Positions 1 through 10,841 of a stretch of 64,000 nucleotides of DNA are shown here, piece after piece; the first letter of the stretch is position 1, and every line of letters starts with the position of its first letter. The DNA is from Mytilus trossulus (lineage: Eukaryota). A model generated the notes under the pieces. The model saw only the letters and a program-made list of their open reading frames with translations. It had not been told where the DNA came from and did no database searches. The stretch lies in the NCBI RefSeq assembly GCF_036588685.1, contig NC_086375.1, positions 38,688,001-38,752,000 of the forward strand, read 5' to 3'. The translations under genes and the position numbers were made by a program.

Positions 1-113
1 AAATCCTTCCACTTATAGATACATAGACAAAATCCTTCCACTTGTAGATACATAGACAAAATCCTTCCACTTATAGATACATAGACAAAATCCTTCCACT
101 TATAGATACATAG
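1..113. repeat. 29-bp tandem repeat (AAAATCCTTCCACTTATAGATACATAGAC), about 4 copies, runs off the window start
   Basis: Repeats are directly visible; a further degenerate unit lies at about 156-184. Confidence 0.9.
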
Positions 114-319
114 TGATAGACATCTCTTCACTTAGTTTAGAACTGAAAGATTTGTAAAATCCTTCCACTGATAGATATATAGACATCCATTCATGTGTAT
201 GTCTATGTTGTGATGTTACACTATTGTTTCAAGTAAGGGTAAAGGTTGGTACCTATTGAAAAGTTTAAACCCACTTGTGGTTCCGTTTGTTGATGTGGTT
301 CATAAATGTTTCTTGTTTT

Positions 320-680
320 TTATATAGATAAGACCGTTGGTTTTCCCTTTAAAATGATTTTACCCTAGTCATTTTTTGGAACCCTTTGAAGCTTGCTGTT
401 CGGTGTGAGCCAAAGCTTTGTGTTGAAGGACATACTTTGACCAATAATGGATTACTTTTACAAATTGTGACTTCAAAGAGAGTTGTCTCATTGGCACAGA
501 GGCGGACTTAGGTTGGGCAGGGGGCCTGAGCCCCCCTTTTTGGGTAAAAATTTGGTTGCTTATATAGGGAATCACTGAAGTGTGACTGGAGCGGGCCCCC
601 TCTTAGGAAGTCAGTGGGCCCCACTTATGAAAATTTCTTGATCCGCCACATTGGCACTCATACCGCATTTTACCTTTTTA
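320..680 (+). repeat. Interspersed repeat family A copy, interrupted by a MITE
   Basis: Matches copies at 6783, 9775, 14194, 19845, 27285 and 52468 (..GTGTGAGCCAAGGCTCCGTGTTGAAGGCCG..GAGAGTTGTCTCATTGGCACTCACACCACATCTTC). Confidence 0.8.
497..648. mobile_element. GC-rich MITE (hAT-like, 8-bp TSD) nested in family A repeat
   Basis: Termini CAGAGGCGGA / TCCGCCA. CATTGGCA is duplicated at 489-496 and 649-656, and removing the insert restores the family A sequence. Confidence 0.75.
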
Positions 681-924
681 TATCTACTAGTTTGGAACTG
701 ACAGATATGTAAAATGACATGAGATATTGTTTTTATTGCCATTACTTAGAACTTTATTATGATATGTCAATGTCACTGTTCAAATAATGAGAGTATTACA
801 TATGCATGTGCTTTTCATTACATTTGAACATGGAAATAAGTGTTAAAGTTGCATTAAATCTGTCATACCAATTCACAATGAAACCAATTTACAATGAAGG
901 ATGTGAATTGATACCAGCAAATAT

Positions 925-1180
925 CACTGATTGTTTGTTAGAGTTTTAATGCCACTTTTGGGCTATTTTCGTGGCCATCATTTTTTATGGGTGGATGAAG
1001 CCGAGTTGCTAGGAGAAAACCAGTAACTGATCGATAGAAAAACTGAAAATCCTAGTCAATTAAAATAAGAGTTGAGTGCACACGCATAAGCTGGGTTTGA
1101 AATCACAACCTTAGTGTTGACTGGCTAATGATTACAGTAGTAGAACTTAACTTAGACCAATTGGCCACCTCGACCCCGCA
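925..1180 (-). mobile_element. tRNA-derived SINE with V-domain-like core (degenerate)
   Basis: Minus strand shows an A-box-like head GGGGTCGAGGTGGCCAATTGGTCTAAG, a B-box-like GTGATTTCAAACCC, a V-like GGTTTTCTCC..CTCGGCTTCATCCACCCA core and a CAAACAATC tail. TSD AGCAAATAT at 916-924 and 1181-1189. Confidence 0.7.
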
Positions 1181-2529
1181 AGCAAATATGTAGATACAAA
1201 TTTGATCTGCATTTACTAAAGAAGAATTGGAAGGTGTTTTTTTTTTAAAGAATACTTTATTTTGCAGCAATTTCACAGCATATATGTGTTCATCACAGAT
1301 TTTTCTTATTTTACACAGTTAACAAATAAAGTTGAGATAAAACATTTTTTCCCCCATTGCATGTAATCTAAACTTTTAACTTGCTAATTTAATACTATTT
1401 ATGATACATGGATAAAGTAACCAGTATGATATGCATGATATATGTTATAGTGAGAAACATTGAGAAGTGACCAAGTTACTAGGGGAGATAATAAAAGCTT
1501 TCATCTGGATAATTTTTAAGGGGAGATAATTCGTGATTGATGTTTCTCACTAATTAATGTTTGAATAAATAATATTAAAAGAAAATGTAACAAGCATGAA
1601 ATATTATTTGTATATATAACTACCTTATAATTATTTCCCTTTATAAAGCATTACTTTAACTCAATGATTGGAACTTGTTCTCTGTATATGCATTCATTTA
1701 TAATTTCATGTCAGGCAAGGACGTGTATCATGTTAGTTATACATCCTTGATTTCAGGGTACAGAATTTTTAATAAGATCTCTTATAGGTGACATCTAGCC
1801 GAAGAATTGTTGCTGGTTTTTTCCCTCTGAATTATATGTACATAAAATATTCAGGAATAGAGAAAAACCATGTTAATAAATAACACCTTAATTCCCATTC
1901 AAAGTATGAATATTGTTTGGGCTAATAATTAGTTCATAGATGCTTTACTTGAGTTAGCAGATTACGGCCACAAAAAAATATTCATTAATGAAATGTGAAT
2001 TTTATTAGATTCATCTGTGATATCTCATGCAGGACCCATATCAGTTTGTCAAGTATCCACATAAATTGACACTTTTCTTGTTTTATGAAATTACACTCAG
2101 AAATCACTGATTTAGAGCTTATAATATTTTATAGCCAGTTGTCTCTTGCTAAGGACAAGATATTGACCTCTAGATGTCTCTTTTTTTATGTCATTTGGTT
2201 GTGATCTCTGTTGTGTATATCCAGCATCTTGTTGATCCATTTCTCTTTTGTTTTATATTGAAGCAGATTATGTGAAGGTTAATAAAATGACTTCAGAGTT
2301 ATTGATGTAACTTCAGAATTTATTTCCATATCTCTATCATTGTGAAAATTGTGACCAGACAGATTTTTGCATAAATGTAAAAATTAGTACCCAACTTTTT
2401 TGTCCATTTTCAAAACATTGCAAGGACATGGGAAAGTTTCTGAATTTAAAAATCTAAGCTACAAATTAAAATCCTATCCAGCAAAAATTTGTAGATTGAG
2501 AATTTATTTATTTGTTATTTATTTTTCAG

Positions 2530-2715
2530 TTAATTATGCAATCCAAAGCAGCTAGCCGTCGTGTAACAAAAAGAGGTAGTGCTATGGGCAGGTCTGTTGG
2601 CAGTGTATCATTGTCATCGGCCAATTTTTCATCAAGGATACAATCGAGACAGTCCATTTTGCCCACACCAAGATCTATGAGTAAAATGAGCAAGTTAAGC
2701 TCATTAACATCATAA
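2530..2715 (+). CDS. Probable terminal coding exon of an upstream gene (Ser/Arg-rich C-terminal tail), product unknown
   Basis: Strong acceptor TTTATTTTTCAG ending at 2529, open frame LIMQSKAASRR...LSSLTS-TAA, higher GC than the flanks. No family motif recognised. Confidence 0.45.
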   Translation, partial: LIMQSKAASRRVTKRGSAMGRSVGSVSLSSANFSSRIQSRQSILPTPRSMSKMSKLSSLTS

Positions 2716-2882
2716 TAGAGCATGGGATTGAATTTCTAAAATTCTGTACTTTAGTAGCTTATTTACAAGACAATTGTGTAATGTTTTCCATAAATCTATG
2801 CATCATATGAATTTTGATTTTTTCATTTCAACACTATCATAAAAGTCAACCTTTGATGTCGGTTGACTTCATGAACCAGTGC

Positions 2883-3814
2883 AAACAGTCAATGTCAAAA
2901 TTGAAATTTTTTTTAATTTAGAAAGTAAAATGAAGGGAGAAATTTGCGCCACATTATTTTCTGCAATGCTACGTTTGCACCACCAGTTTTAGAATTACAT
3001 GGTATCATTTGCGCCAAAAATAGAACATACGATTGCGCCAATTAGAAGAAAAATTACTTCCCTTCTCCTTTATTCGGACTTGAAACCGGCAGTTTACACG
3101 AATGTTCCCTTTTCTAAAACATATCTTCTTCTTACTGCTGCTGCATGGGTACTTCCCATGCATGGGTACTTCCCAATATAATGTATTTAGTAGCTAGTAA
3201 CTTCACTTTATTGTCCAAAAAACACAAACATTGAAGGATGAAATGCATAAAACAGTTCATTGTAATTCTTGTGGAATGCTTCTGTTCCATTACTGGTGCA
3301 TCTTGCTGTAGATAGTTTAAGCCCATATGCATGATGGAAACAAATCACTGTGTCATCAACATATTTGACTTAAACATAATCAGCAAAAGAATCTATTTTC
3401 TTCTCCTTTGGCATATCTTGTATTAAATATTCAGCAAAGCAATAAGTTTTCTTTTCTCTCTGTACATGGACTGTCTAATGCATTTTAAGTCATTTCTCTC
3501 CAGGTGCTCATCTACATGATGAAATATCTCCGAACATATAATCCTTTTTAAGCCAAAAATAAGAATAAATATATATTAATCATTAATATATATGATAGAT
3601 ATGTGGACAGGTAAATTGGCGCAAATGAGCTCCGAATATTGGCGCAATTTATATATTTGGAAAACAAAATTTGGTGCATTGATACCCCTGAAAAACAATA
3701 ATTGGCACAAAAGGACTGCTGCCAAAATGAATAAGATGAATTGTTATTAAAATACTTTCATTTTAATTTTAATTTCTAAATTTACAAAATTTCCAATTTT
3801 GACATTGACTGTTT
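2883..3814. mobile_element. Foldback MITE (about 135 bp) split by a MULE insertion
   Basis: The arm starting AAACAGTCAATGTCAAAATTGAAATTTT (2883-2934) is inverted at about 3756-3814. Confidence 0.65.
2935..3723 (-). mobile_element. Non-autonomous Mutator-like (MULE) element with transposase remnant
   Basis: GG..CC ends, AAAATGAA duplicated at 2927-2934 and 3724-3731, and arrays of TTGCGCCA subterminal motifs inverted between the two ends. The minus-strand decayed peptide FADYV*..RCTSNGTEAFHKNYNELFYAFHPSMFVF/LDNKVKL resembles the MULE transposase C-terminal RTNNxxExxH motif. Confidence 0.7.
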
Positions 3815-4757
3815 ATAAATGCATACAATACTTTCTGAATTAATAGTAGATATATTATTATTACGATGTTTATACATAAATTGTTGGTTATCTTTATTTT
3901 TTTCAAAGAAAAGTTATGATTACATCAAGCAGTATTATAAAATGAAATCAGCATTTTTGTAATGTTAAAAGTTGTACCAATTAATTTTGTAAACTGATGG
4001 TTTGTCATCTGGTATCATCCAATTATTACTAGTAAGAGAGTACAGCAACTGACAATTGTTTGTGCAGGTCCAGTTTAATTTTTAGTGTCCTCACTATGGT
4101 CTTGTCGAATGAACCAATGCTTCTTTAAACAGGCTTATGATATTTTGTACTCTATAATTAACTAGAAAATGGCTTTGCCGATTCTTGCTTTATTTTGCTA
4201 TTCCAAATTTTCACTGCAACTGTAAAGACTTAAGTTTAATCATTTTTTACATTTTTATATTTTTTTTTATTTTAAAGGTCACACATTTCTATTTAAAGAT
4301 ATGATATACGGAGGCCAGTCTGAGTCAGTTATGGAAATATATATAAAATTCTTTTTCTATCTGCATGAAACCCTTTTTCCAAAATCAAGATGCTACTTTT
4401 CAGTTTTGGTGATTTTGCATCTACTTCTGTCATAAAGTCATCTTTTTTAAATTAAAACAGAGGATGTGAGCATTACAGTTAATATTTACTCTTTGTTATG
4501 GTTCCATATTTTTAATCATGTTTATTTTTTATTTTGTTTTTTATATGAATAACATGCAATGAATTTTTAAGCAGAAGACAGAACTGCTGATAAATTCAAG
4601 ATTTTATTTTGTTACCTGTGATATTTTAGAAAGTCTGTGATAAATATTTTTTATTAATAAACAAAGAAATATTTATCTTGTTATGAATTTAATATGGTGG
4701 TGCTTTATTCAATATTCTGTAAATATTTTGTATCTTAGGTGAATGTTGCTTTGAATC

Positions 4758-4907
4758 TTTGCAATCTGAATTGTGGGTAAATGCTCCTTTATAGTACCAG
4801 CACATAATCATTATAGGTCTTTAATATCAGATTATTTGCAATCTGAATTGTGGGTAAATGCTCCTTTATAGTACCAGCACATAATCATTATAGGTCTTCA
4901 ATATCAG
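4758..4907. repeat. Tandem duplication of a 77-bp unit
   Basis: TTTGCAATCTGAATTGTGGGTAAATG... at 4758 and 4835, near identical. Confidence 0.9.
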
Positions 4908-6782
4908 GTTAACGTATTTATCAAAGAAGTACATGTTCTTGTCTGTCTGACAAATGTCGTATGGCCTTGACATCATTTTCAGACTTCATGGTCGTGATAG
5001 ATTTCATGTCTGTTTCTTAGTATATATGCTATACAGCTTGGCAATGCTTAGTATAGATTCATCGTAAAAGTATAGGGTTGGGTAGCTTATTTGTGGTAGC
5101 TGCTGTGAATAATTGACATAAGTCACTATATTTGCTGTGGAAGTAGAAATTTGCTTTTTTGTTGTCCCATCCAAACCTTCTCTTTTTCATTCCATCTTTC
5201 TTTCAATGAATTGGCCTTTAATGCTAATATGGTGCAAGAAACTCATAAATAATTAGGTCTGACCTTTGTAAATAGGCATGAAAGGTCAACAATATTTTGA
5301 TTCATGAATGTAATGGAAGGATTGTATGTTCATTTTATACAAATTGTATTTGACTTTGATATAATTTTTAATGCTCATGTGGTCAGCTTTAAGTTTACTG
5401 GATTTGGTCTTTTGCATGGTATAATTATGCACATCATACATTCCAAAATTAAAAGATAGATTGCCAACGAAGCAGCTAACCAACATGTACCAAAAGACAC
5501 ATTTGAAGTTAAACCTTCAACAATGAATAAAAACCAATGGTGTAAGGTATCACTTAGCAATAAAAGTTCTCCAGTACACCAGATTACATGTAAATCGGCA
5601 ATTAAAAAGACAGTCAACAGAGTAAATTAGTAATAGTTAAGTAATACAAGGACCATGACATCCTTTGGAATATGGACACATGGCTTGAGACAGGCACTCA
5701 AGTATGTGGTAAGGTAAACCATATTTACTGTGCACTCTCTTATCTATCCCCCGCCCCTGACACTACCCTCCTCCTCACCTGAGGTACATTTTTGTTGTGG
5801 TATAACAACAACACAATACTAAGTACTGTAAAAATTAACTGGAATGGACATTACTCAAAATATAGATCGACATACAGAATGAAAAAAAAATGCAAATAGT
5901 ACTGAAATTCTAAACCTATAACGTTCAGTATATTTATATTTCTCTCTTTATTGGATTAGAATGTCAAATTCAGGTTAAGAATGATTTTGAAATGACAATT
6001 TAAGTGTAAAAACACTTATAGCATATTGAATGGTATCATGTTTTTGTTGGTCTAAATCCTGAACATGCAAGAAGTATTTGCCACTGGACGTTAAGCAAAA
6101 GTAGAATAAGGCAAAGACACATTATAAACACGGGAAAGATAAATTCACTGGTCAATAACTTTTATGCACACATAAAATGACCTAAAACTATACCAATTGG
6201 GGTTTGATCATTCTAAATACTGCTACGTAAATAACTTGATACTGCAACGGTGCTATTTGTGGAGTCGAGATACATTGACCCATAAATACATAATTATAAG
6301 GTCAGTCACTGGCCATTGTTTGTGACGAGAACAATATGTTTCCGTAGAATTGTCTTTATGACGTTACGAAGTATTGCTAGTACAGGTTCGCGGATTTTTT
6401 TCATCGCCTGCATTATGTCTATAAAAATTCACGAGATTCAAACAAAATGTCTATTTTTAGCTTTGAATAGTGAATAATTATGTTTCGTCTTGTCTGTTCC
6501 CATTGCGAAATGGAATAGAAATGTCTCTAAAGCCACACTTTCCTGGTCTGTCCAGAGACAATGTATACACTATGCTCATTCCATGTTTGGTCTACCCTAC
6601 TTAAATAACTTGAGGATCATTCGAGATTTCCTTTTGTCTGTAGCATAAATGAACAGATGCATTCCATCTTGCCATTCAATGTGAAATCAAATTTCTCCAA
6701 CCAGTGATTCTTGATATCTCACTTAAAACCTGGGACTGTTATACTAGTGTAATAGTCCCAGCTTAAACTAAAGTATACATAT

Positions 6783-6940
6783 GGTTTTACACTTGTAATT
6801 TTGGGGCCCTTTATAGTTTGTTGTTCGGTGTGAGCCAAGGCTCCGTGTTAAAGGCCGTACATTGACCTATAATGGTTTACTTTTTTAAATTATTATTTTG
6901 ATGGAGAGTTATCTCATTGGCACTCACACCACATCTTCCT
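6783..6940 (+). repeat. Interspersed repeat family A copy
   Basis: Near identical to the corresponding part of 27285-27488. Confidence 0.85.
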
Positions 6941-8034
6941 TTTTCGATATAACTGAGAAAGTGACTTTGAGTTCAACAAATCAATACAAACAAGCGAAAA
7001 TATTCTGTAAACAATTATGACAATTATTGTATATTTGCCTCATAATTGGTTTATTAGTTAATTAGTTTGTTTTTTGGTATGCTATTAACGTCAATTTGAC
7101 AGAAAAACTTAGTATTCGTGTACACAGTTGGAATACTTCCACTTGTATTCGTTGCACGAATTGTTTCTTATGATCCACACACTAGCTCGATAAGTGCATT
7201 TACTCATTGTTGAAAGCCGTTCAGTAACCAATAGCTTACATTCATGCTATTTGGTCTCTGGTTTATATTTTCTCATTGGCACCCATACCGCATCTCCTTA
7301 TTTTTGTAATGAAGGATGTAAAAAAGGGTATAAAACAAAATTTCCAATTCACAGATTTGTGATCAAATGTTAAAACATCAAAAAAGAAGAAATGTCGGAT
7401 TATTGATTAACTGATTGTTTTCAATGTAACACTTTTTTAAATAACAATGGAGAATTGAAAATAAGGACTGAATTAGCTAGAGGATTATACAAGACAAAAT
7501 GTCCAAACATCAAGGAAAAGAAACCTTCATTATAACCAATGATTTTCACGGCTTTAAAGTTTGACTGGAATGAACCGAACAATAAACTTCCGATGAAATA
7601 GAAAGAAAACTCTTTACACATTTTGTTTACAATATCATGACATTATAGATCTATTAGTCCTAAGAAATGCATGAAATATTTGCCACTGAATGTTAAGCAA
7701 CCAACAATAAGTTAATTATAAAAACATGCATTAATTGCCTTATGGATTAATGTTTGCAAAACTTGATTAAATATCATTTTTATTATTAAATTTTAACACT
7801 CATGCAAATGCAATATAAATAAACAGTACCATATAAACAAAGTATTACAATTGAAAAATATAATCACCTACAATATAATATGCTATCTTATCAAAATATT
7901 ACAAAATATACACCTATAGAAAAGTTGAAAGTATTGCACTTATAAAAGGAAAAACATTTCTAAACCGTTTATAATTATTTCCAAAATACAAATAATGATT
8001 ACCAAAATCCAGTACGAACGAATCACAATTTTCA

Positions 8035-9105
8035 TTACCCAGATTGTTCACTTGTAGAGGGCGCTTCCTTGTCTTGTTTCTCCGATTTCCGACTTGCTCC
8101 TTCCATCTTGACATTTTCGGGTCGTATTTTCACATCTTGTTTAAACCATGGAGAGCCAAGGAGCTCATATATATCTGGTCTGTCTTTATAATCATAGGAA
8201 AACAACCACAAAATTAAACAACGGCAATCATCTGAGACGTTTTTCTTAAACTTTTGCCATGGGAAGTTCAAACGTTTATGTTCCTCTAACACACCCTGAT
8301 TTCCTTTACTTTCATCGTAAGGCATTTTACCGGTAACAAAAATATACAAAATCACTCCAATAGCCCAAATGTCTGCTTTTCTAGGATCATAGGGCTCTCC
8401 TTTCAAAATTTCTGGAGCAGCATATGACTTTGAGCCACAGTATGTTCTGCTAAGATCCCGCATGCAGTCCTCTTTAACGAAACCAAAATCACATATCTTT
8501 ATCGTGTGGGTGCCATCTAATAGAAGGTTTTCCAGCTTGAGATCTCTGTGAGTAATGTTTTGTTCATGGAGATATCGTACTGCTTCACAAATCTGACGTG
8601 TCCAAGAACGAGCAATTATATCTTTGATAGCTCCATTACGCTGAATGTATCTCAAAACATCACCATTTTCTGCAAACTCTAATATCATATACACACGTCT
8701 ACTATCCTCGAAAATATCTAGCATACGAATAATATGAGGATGGCGAAGTTTAGGCCATATCTCCATTTCACGAGGAAGAAATCTGTGCTGAAAATCTTTC
8801 GGTGCTTTTGTTCTGTCTATTATTTTTACAGCAACTTTATCACGATCGCTCTTAAAGCAATGTGCATACTTGACTTTGGAATAACTTCCGCTTCCAAGAG
8901 TTTGTTTCACTAAATATCCTTTCTTTGCTAAGACAGCACGGTAAGTTGGTCTATAAGTTACGGTTTCATTCCTTGAGGATAGCGATCGTTTCACATCGAC
9001 TTGTTCGAGCTCTGATTGCATAAGCTCGAGTTCTGCCATTAATTTGTCAGGCTTCGATGAACTCTCCTCAGCCATCCTCTTCTTGGACCGCTTTTCAGGC
9101 AGCAT
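8035..9105 (-). CDS. TSSK: Testis-specific serine/threonine kinase (TSSK family), intronless CDS, 356 aa
   Basis: Continuous ORF with LGSGSYSKV, VAVKII, KAPKDFQHRFLPRE (TSSK-type), HRDLKLEN, DFG, TYCGSKSYAAPE and DIWAIG. First ATG at 9105 (alternative 9075). Minus-strand AATAAA at about 7779-7784. Confidence 0.93.
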   Translation of the reverse strand: MLPEKRSKKRMAEESSSKPDKLMAELELMQSELEQVDVKRSLSSRNETVTYRPTYRAVLAKKGYLVKQTLGSGSYSKVKYAHCFKSDRDKVAVKIIDRTKAPKDFQHRFLPREMEIWPKLRHPHIIRMLDIFEDSRRVYMILEFAENGDVLRYIQRNGAIKDIIARSWTRQICEAVRYLHEQNITHRDLKLENLLLDGTHTIKICDFGFVKEDCMRDLSRTYCGSKSYAAPEILKGEPYDPRKADIWAIGVILYIFVTGKMPYDESKGNQGVLEEHKRLNFPWQKFKKNVSDDCRCLILWLFSYDYKDRPDIYELLGSPWFKQDVKIRPENVKMEGASRKSEKQDKEAPSTSEQSG

Positions 9106-9380
9106 TAACAATTGTAGGACCTTTAGCTTGTTTAAAATTTACAACTTCCACATTCCTGAAGCTTGTTATTTTTTACTGCCTCTTCTGTTGACATCCAACT
9201 CCAAAACGAGACACAATGGTTAGAACCAAGAGCAACCAAAATGTCGGCGTCATTGTAGAACAAACGTCACTATGGAGGCTGCAGAGCAACGGACTTCCAA
9301 CAATGTCCAAGGAGCGTAACGTGATGCTACATTTTGCACCAAACATTATGTAAGAACTTATTGGATATGGCTGATTTAAA
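9106..9380. promoter_or_regulatory. Candidate bidirectional promoter between the two TSSK genes
   Basis: 275 bp between divergent ATGs; CRE half-sites CGTCA at 9248-9252 and 9265-9269; inverted CCAAT at 9360-9364. Confidence 0.55.
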
Positions 9381-9665
9381 ATGAACAAAGCATTGTCCGG
9401 TGGAGTTGGTGTGTCAGACGAGGAGATAGAACTCAGGAAACGAGGTTATGCTCTAGGAAGCATACTCGGAGAAGGTTCTTATGGAAAAGTTAAAGGAGCA
9501 TTTAGTGAGAGTAACCGGAAACGGGTTGCAATAAAAATCATTAACAGAAAGAAAGCACCAAAAGATTTTAGAGAAAAGTTTCTACCTCGAGAATTGAAGA
9601 TACATGCCAGCTTAAATCATCCAAATGTTATCAAGATGTACGAAATAATGGAATTTCACAATAAA
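9381..9665 (+). CDS. TSSK: TSSK-family kinase, exon 1 of 4 (gene 9381-17899, 317 aa)
   Basis: [30 protein letters not shown]; donor GTAAGT at 9666, phase 0. Confidence 0.92.
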
Positions 9666-9774
9666 GTAAGTATACTTTGCACTGTTTCAGATATTCATGT
9701 GTTTAGGTTTTACTTATCTTTGTTTTTCGGAGTTTGTTTTTGTCCGTATCTTTTGAATTTACTTGCCAATTCAG

Positions 9775-9905
9775 TAGATATAGGAAGATGTGGTGTGAGT
9801 GCCAATTTCTCCATCCTAATAACAATTTATAAATTAAAGTAAACCATTATAGGTCAATGTACGGTCTTCAACACGGTGCGTTGGCTCACACCGAACAAAA
9901 AGCTA
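9775..9905 (-). repeat. Interspersed repeat family A copy (intronic, truncated)
   Basis: Reverse complement of the family A 3' portion. Confidence 0.8.
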
Positions 9906-10692
9906 TCAAGTTTATTAATTTTGATTTTTATTCCGCGCTTTTACCCATTTTTATTTTCTCTTTATTTGCCTTCGTGAAAGCGAGTGGCTGAAAGGTACTA
10001 TTTTATATAGATTTTATCAACAACAAAAAAGAATATTCTTAAACAAAACCAATCATAGAAGATTTAGTCCTCTATTTCCTTTCAATTTATATAGATGTAT
10101 TTTGGGTTTAAGATTCATTTCGATGATAAACGTTACAAAATCAGGCAACACTAGCCCCGGATAACATTTATATTCAATGTTTTAAATTGTTGATCCTTTT
10201 CAAGTATGCTTCTTATAAAATCTTGAATTTTCGAATAGAATACAAGCTTTTTGCTAATTTCTGATTTCAACCCATTGAATATAGTCAGACTTTGTCCTTC
10301 TTCTTTTATAATTTTCCAGTACCAATAATTTCCCACTTATAATATCAACTTTCTCAAAGATTCGGAACGGTTTGCTTTTAAAATTGTCAGGCTATTATAT
10401 AGATTTCCAATTTAGCCAAAAAGAAAAACGTAATTTGTTTTTCAGTGAAGTAGATGTGAAAAATAAAAGTACATAAACAAATAAACAGGTGAAAACACGT
10501 AAATGATACAGCAACCCAATGACACGGCAAACCATACTAGAGGTTCTAAAGAGTTTGTGTCGCTCACCAAGGGCTATGTACATCTTCAACAATATCTTTT
10601 TCTAATTGCTTTATTTAAAGGTAGGACTTTGTTTTCTTTACTTTCAGAGATACTTTTGATCTTTTGAAACAAAATAATTTATATGGTTTTAG

Positions 10693-10841
10693 GTGTATAT
10701 TGTATTAGAGCATGCTGGACATGGGGATCTTTTGGAATATATAAAGCTTAGAGGAGCCTTTTCTGATGAACAAGCTAAGGGTATATTTAGACAAATTATT
10801 CGTGCCGTTGAATACCTTCATGATAACAAAGTGGTTCATAG
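10693..10841 (+). CDS. TSSK: TSSK-family kinase, exon 2
   Basis: AG|VYIVLEHAGHGDLLEY..AVEYLHDNKVVH R|GTAAGT; phases consistent with neighbouring exons. Confidence 0.9.

Noticed and set aside
1-113. CRISPR array
   Set aside because: Head-to-tail repeats without spacers, in a eukaryotic context.
9666-9842. Extension of the 9381 ORF as a 153-aa protein
   Set aside because: Read-through into intron 1 after the GTAAGT donor; the kinase continues at 10693.
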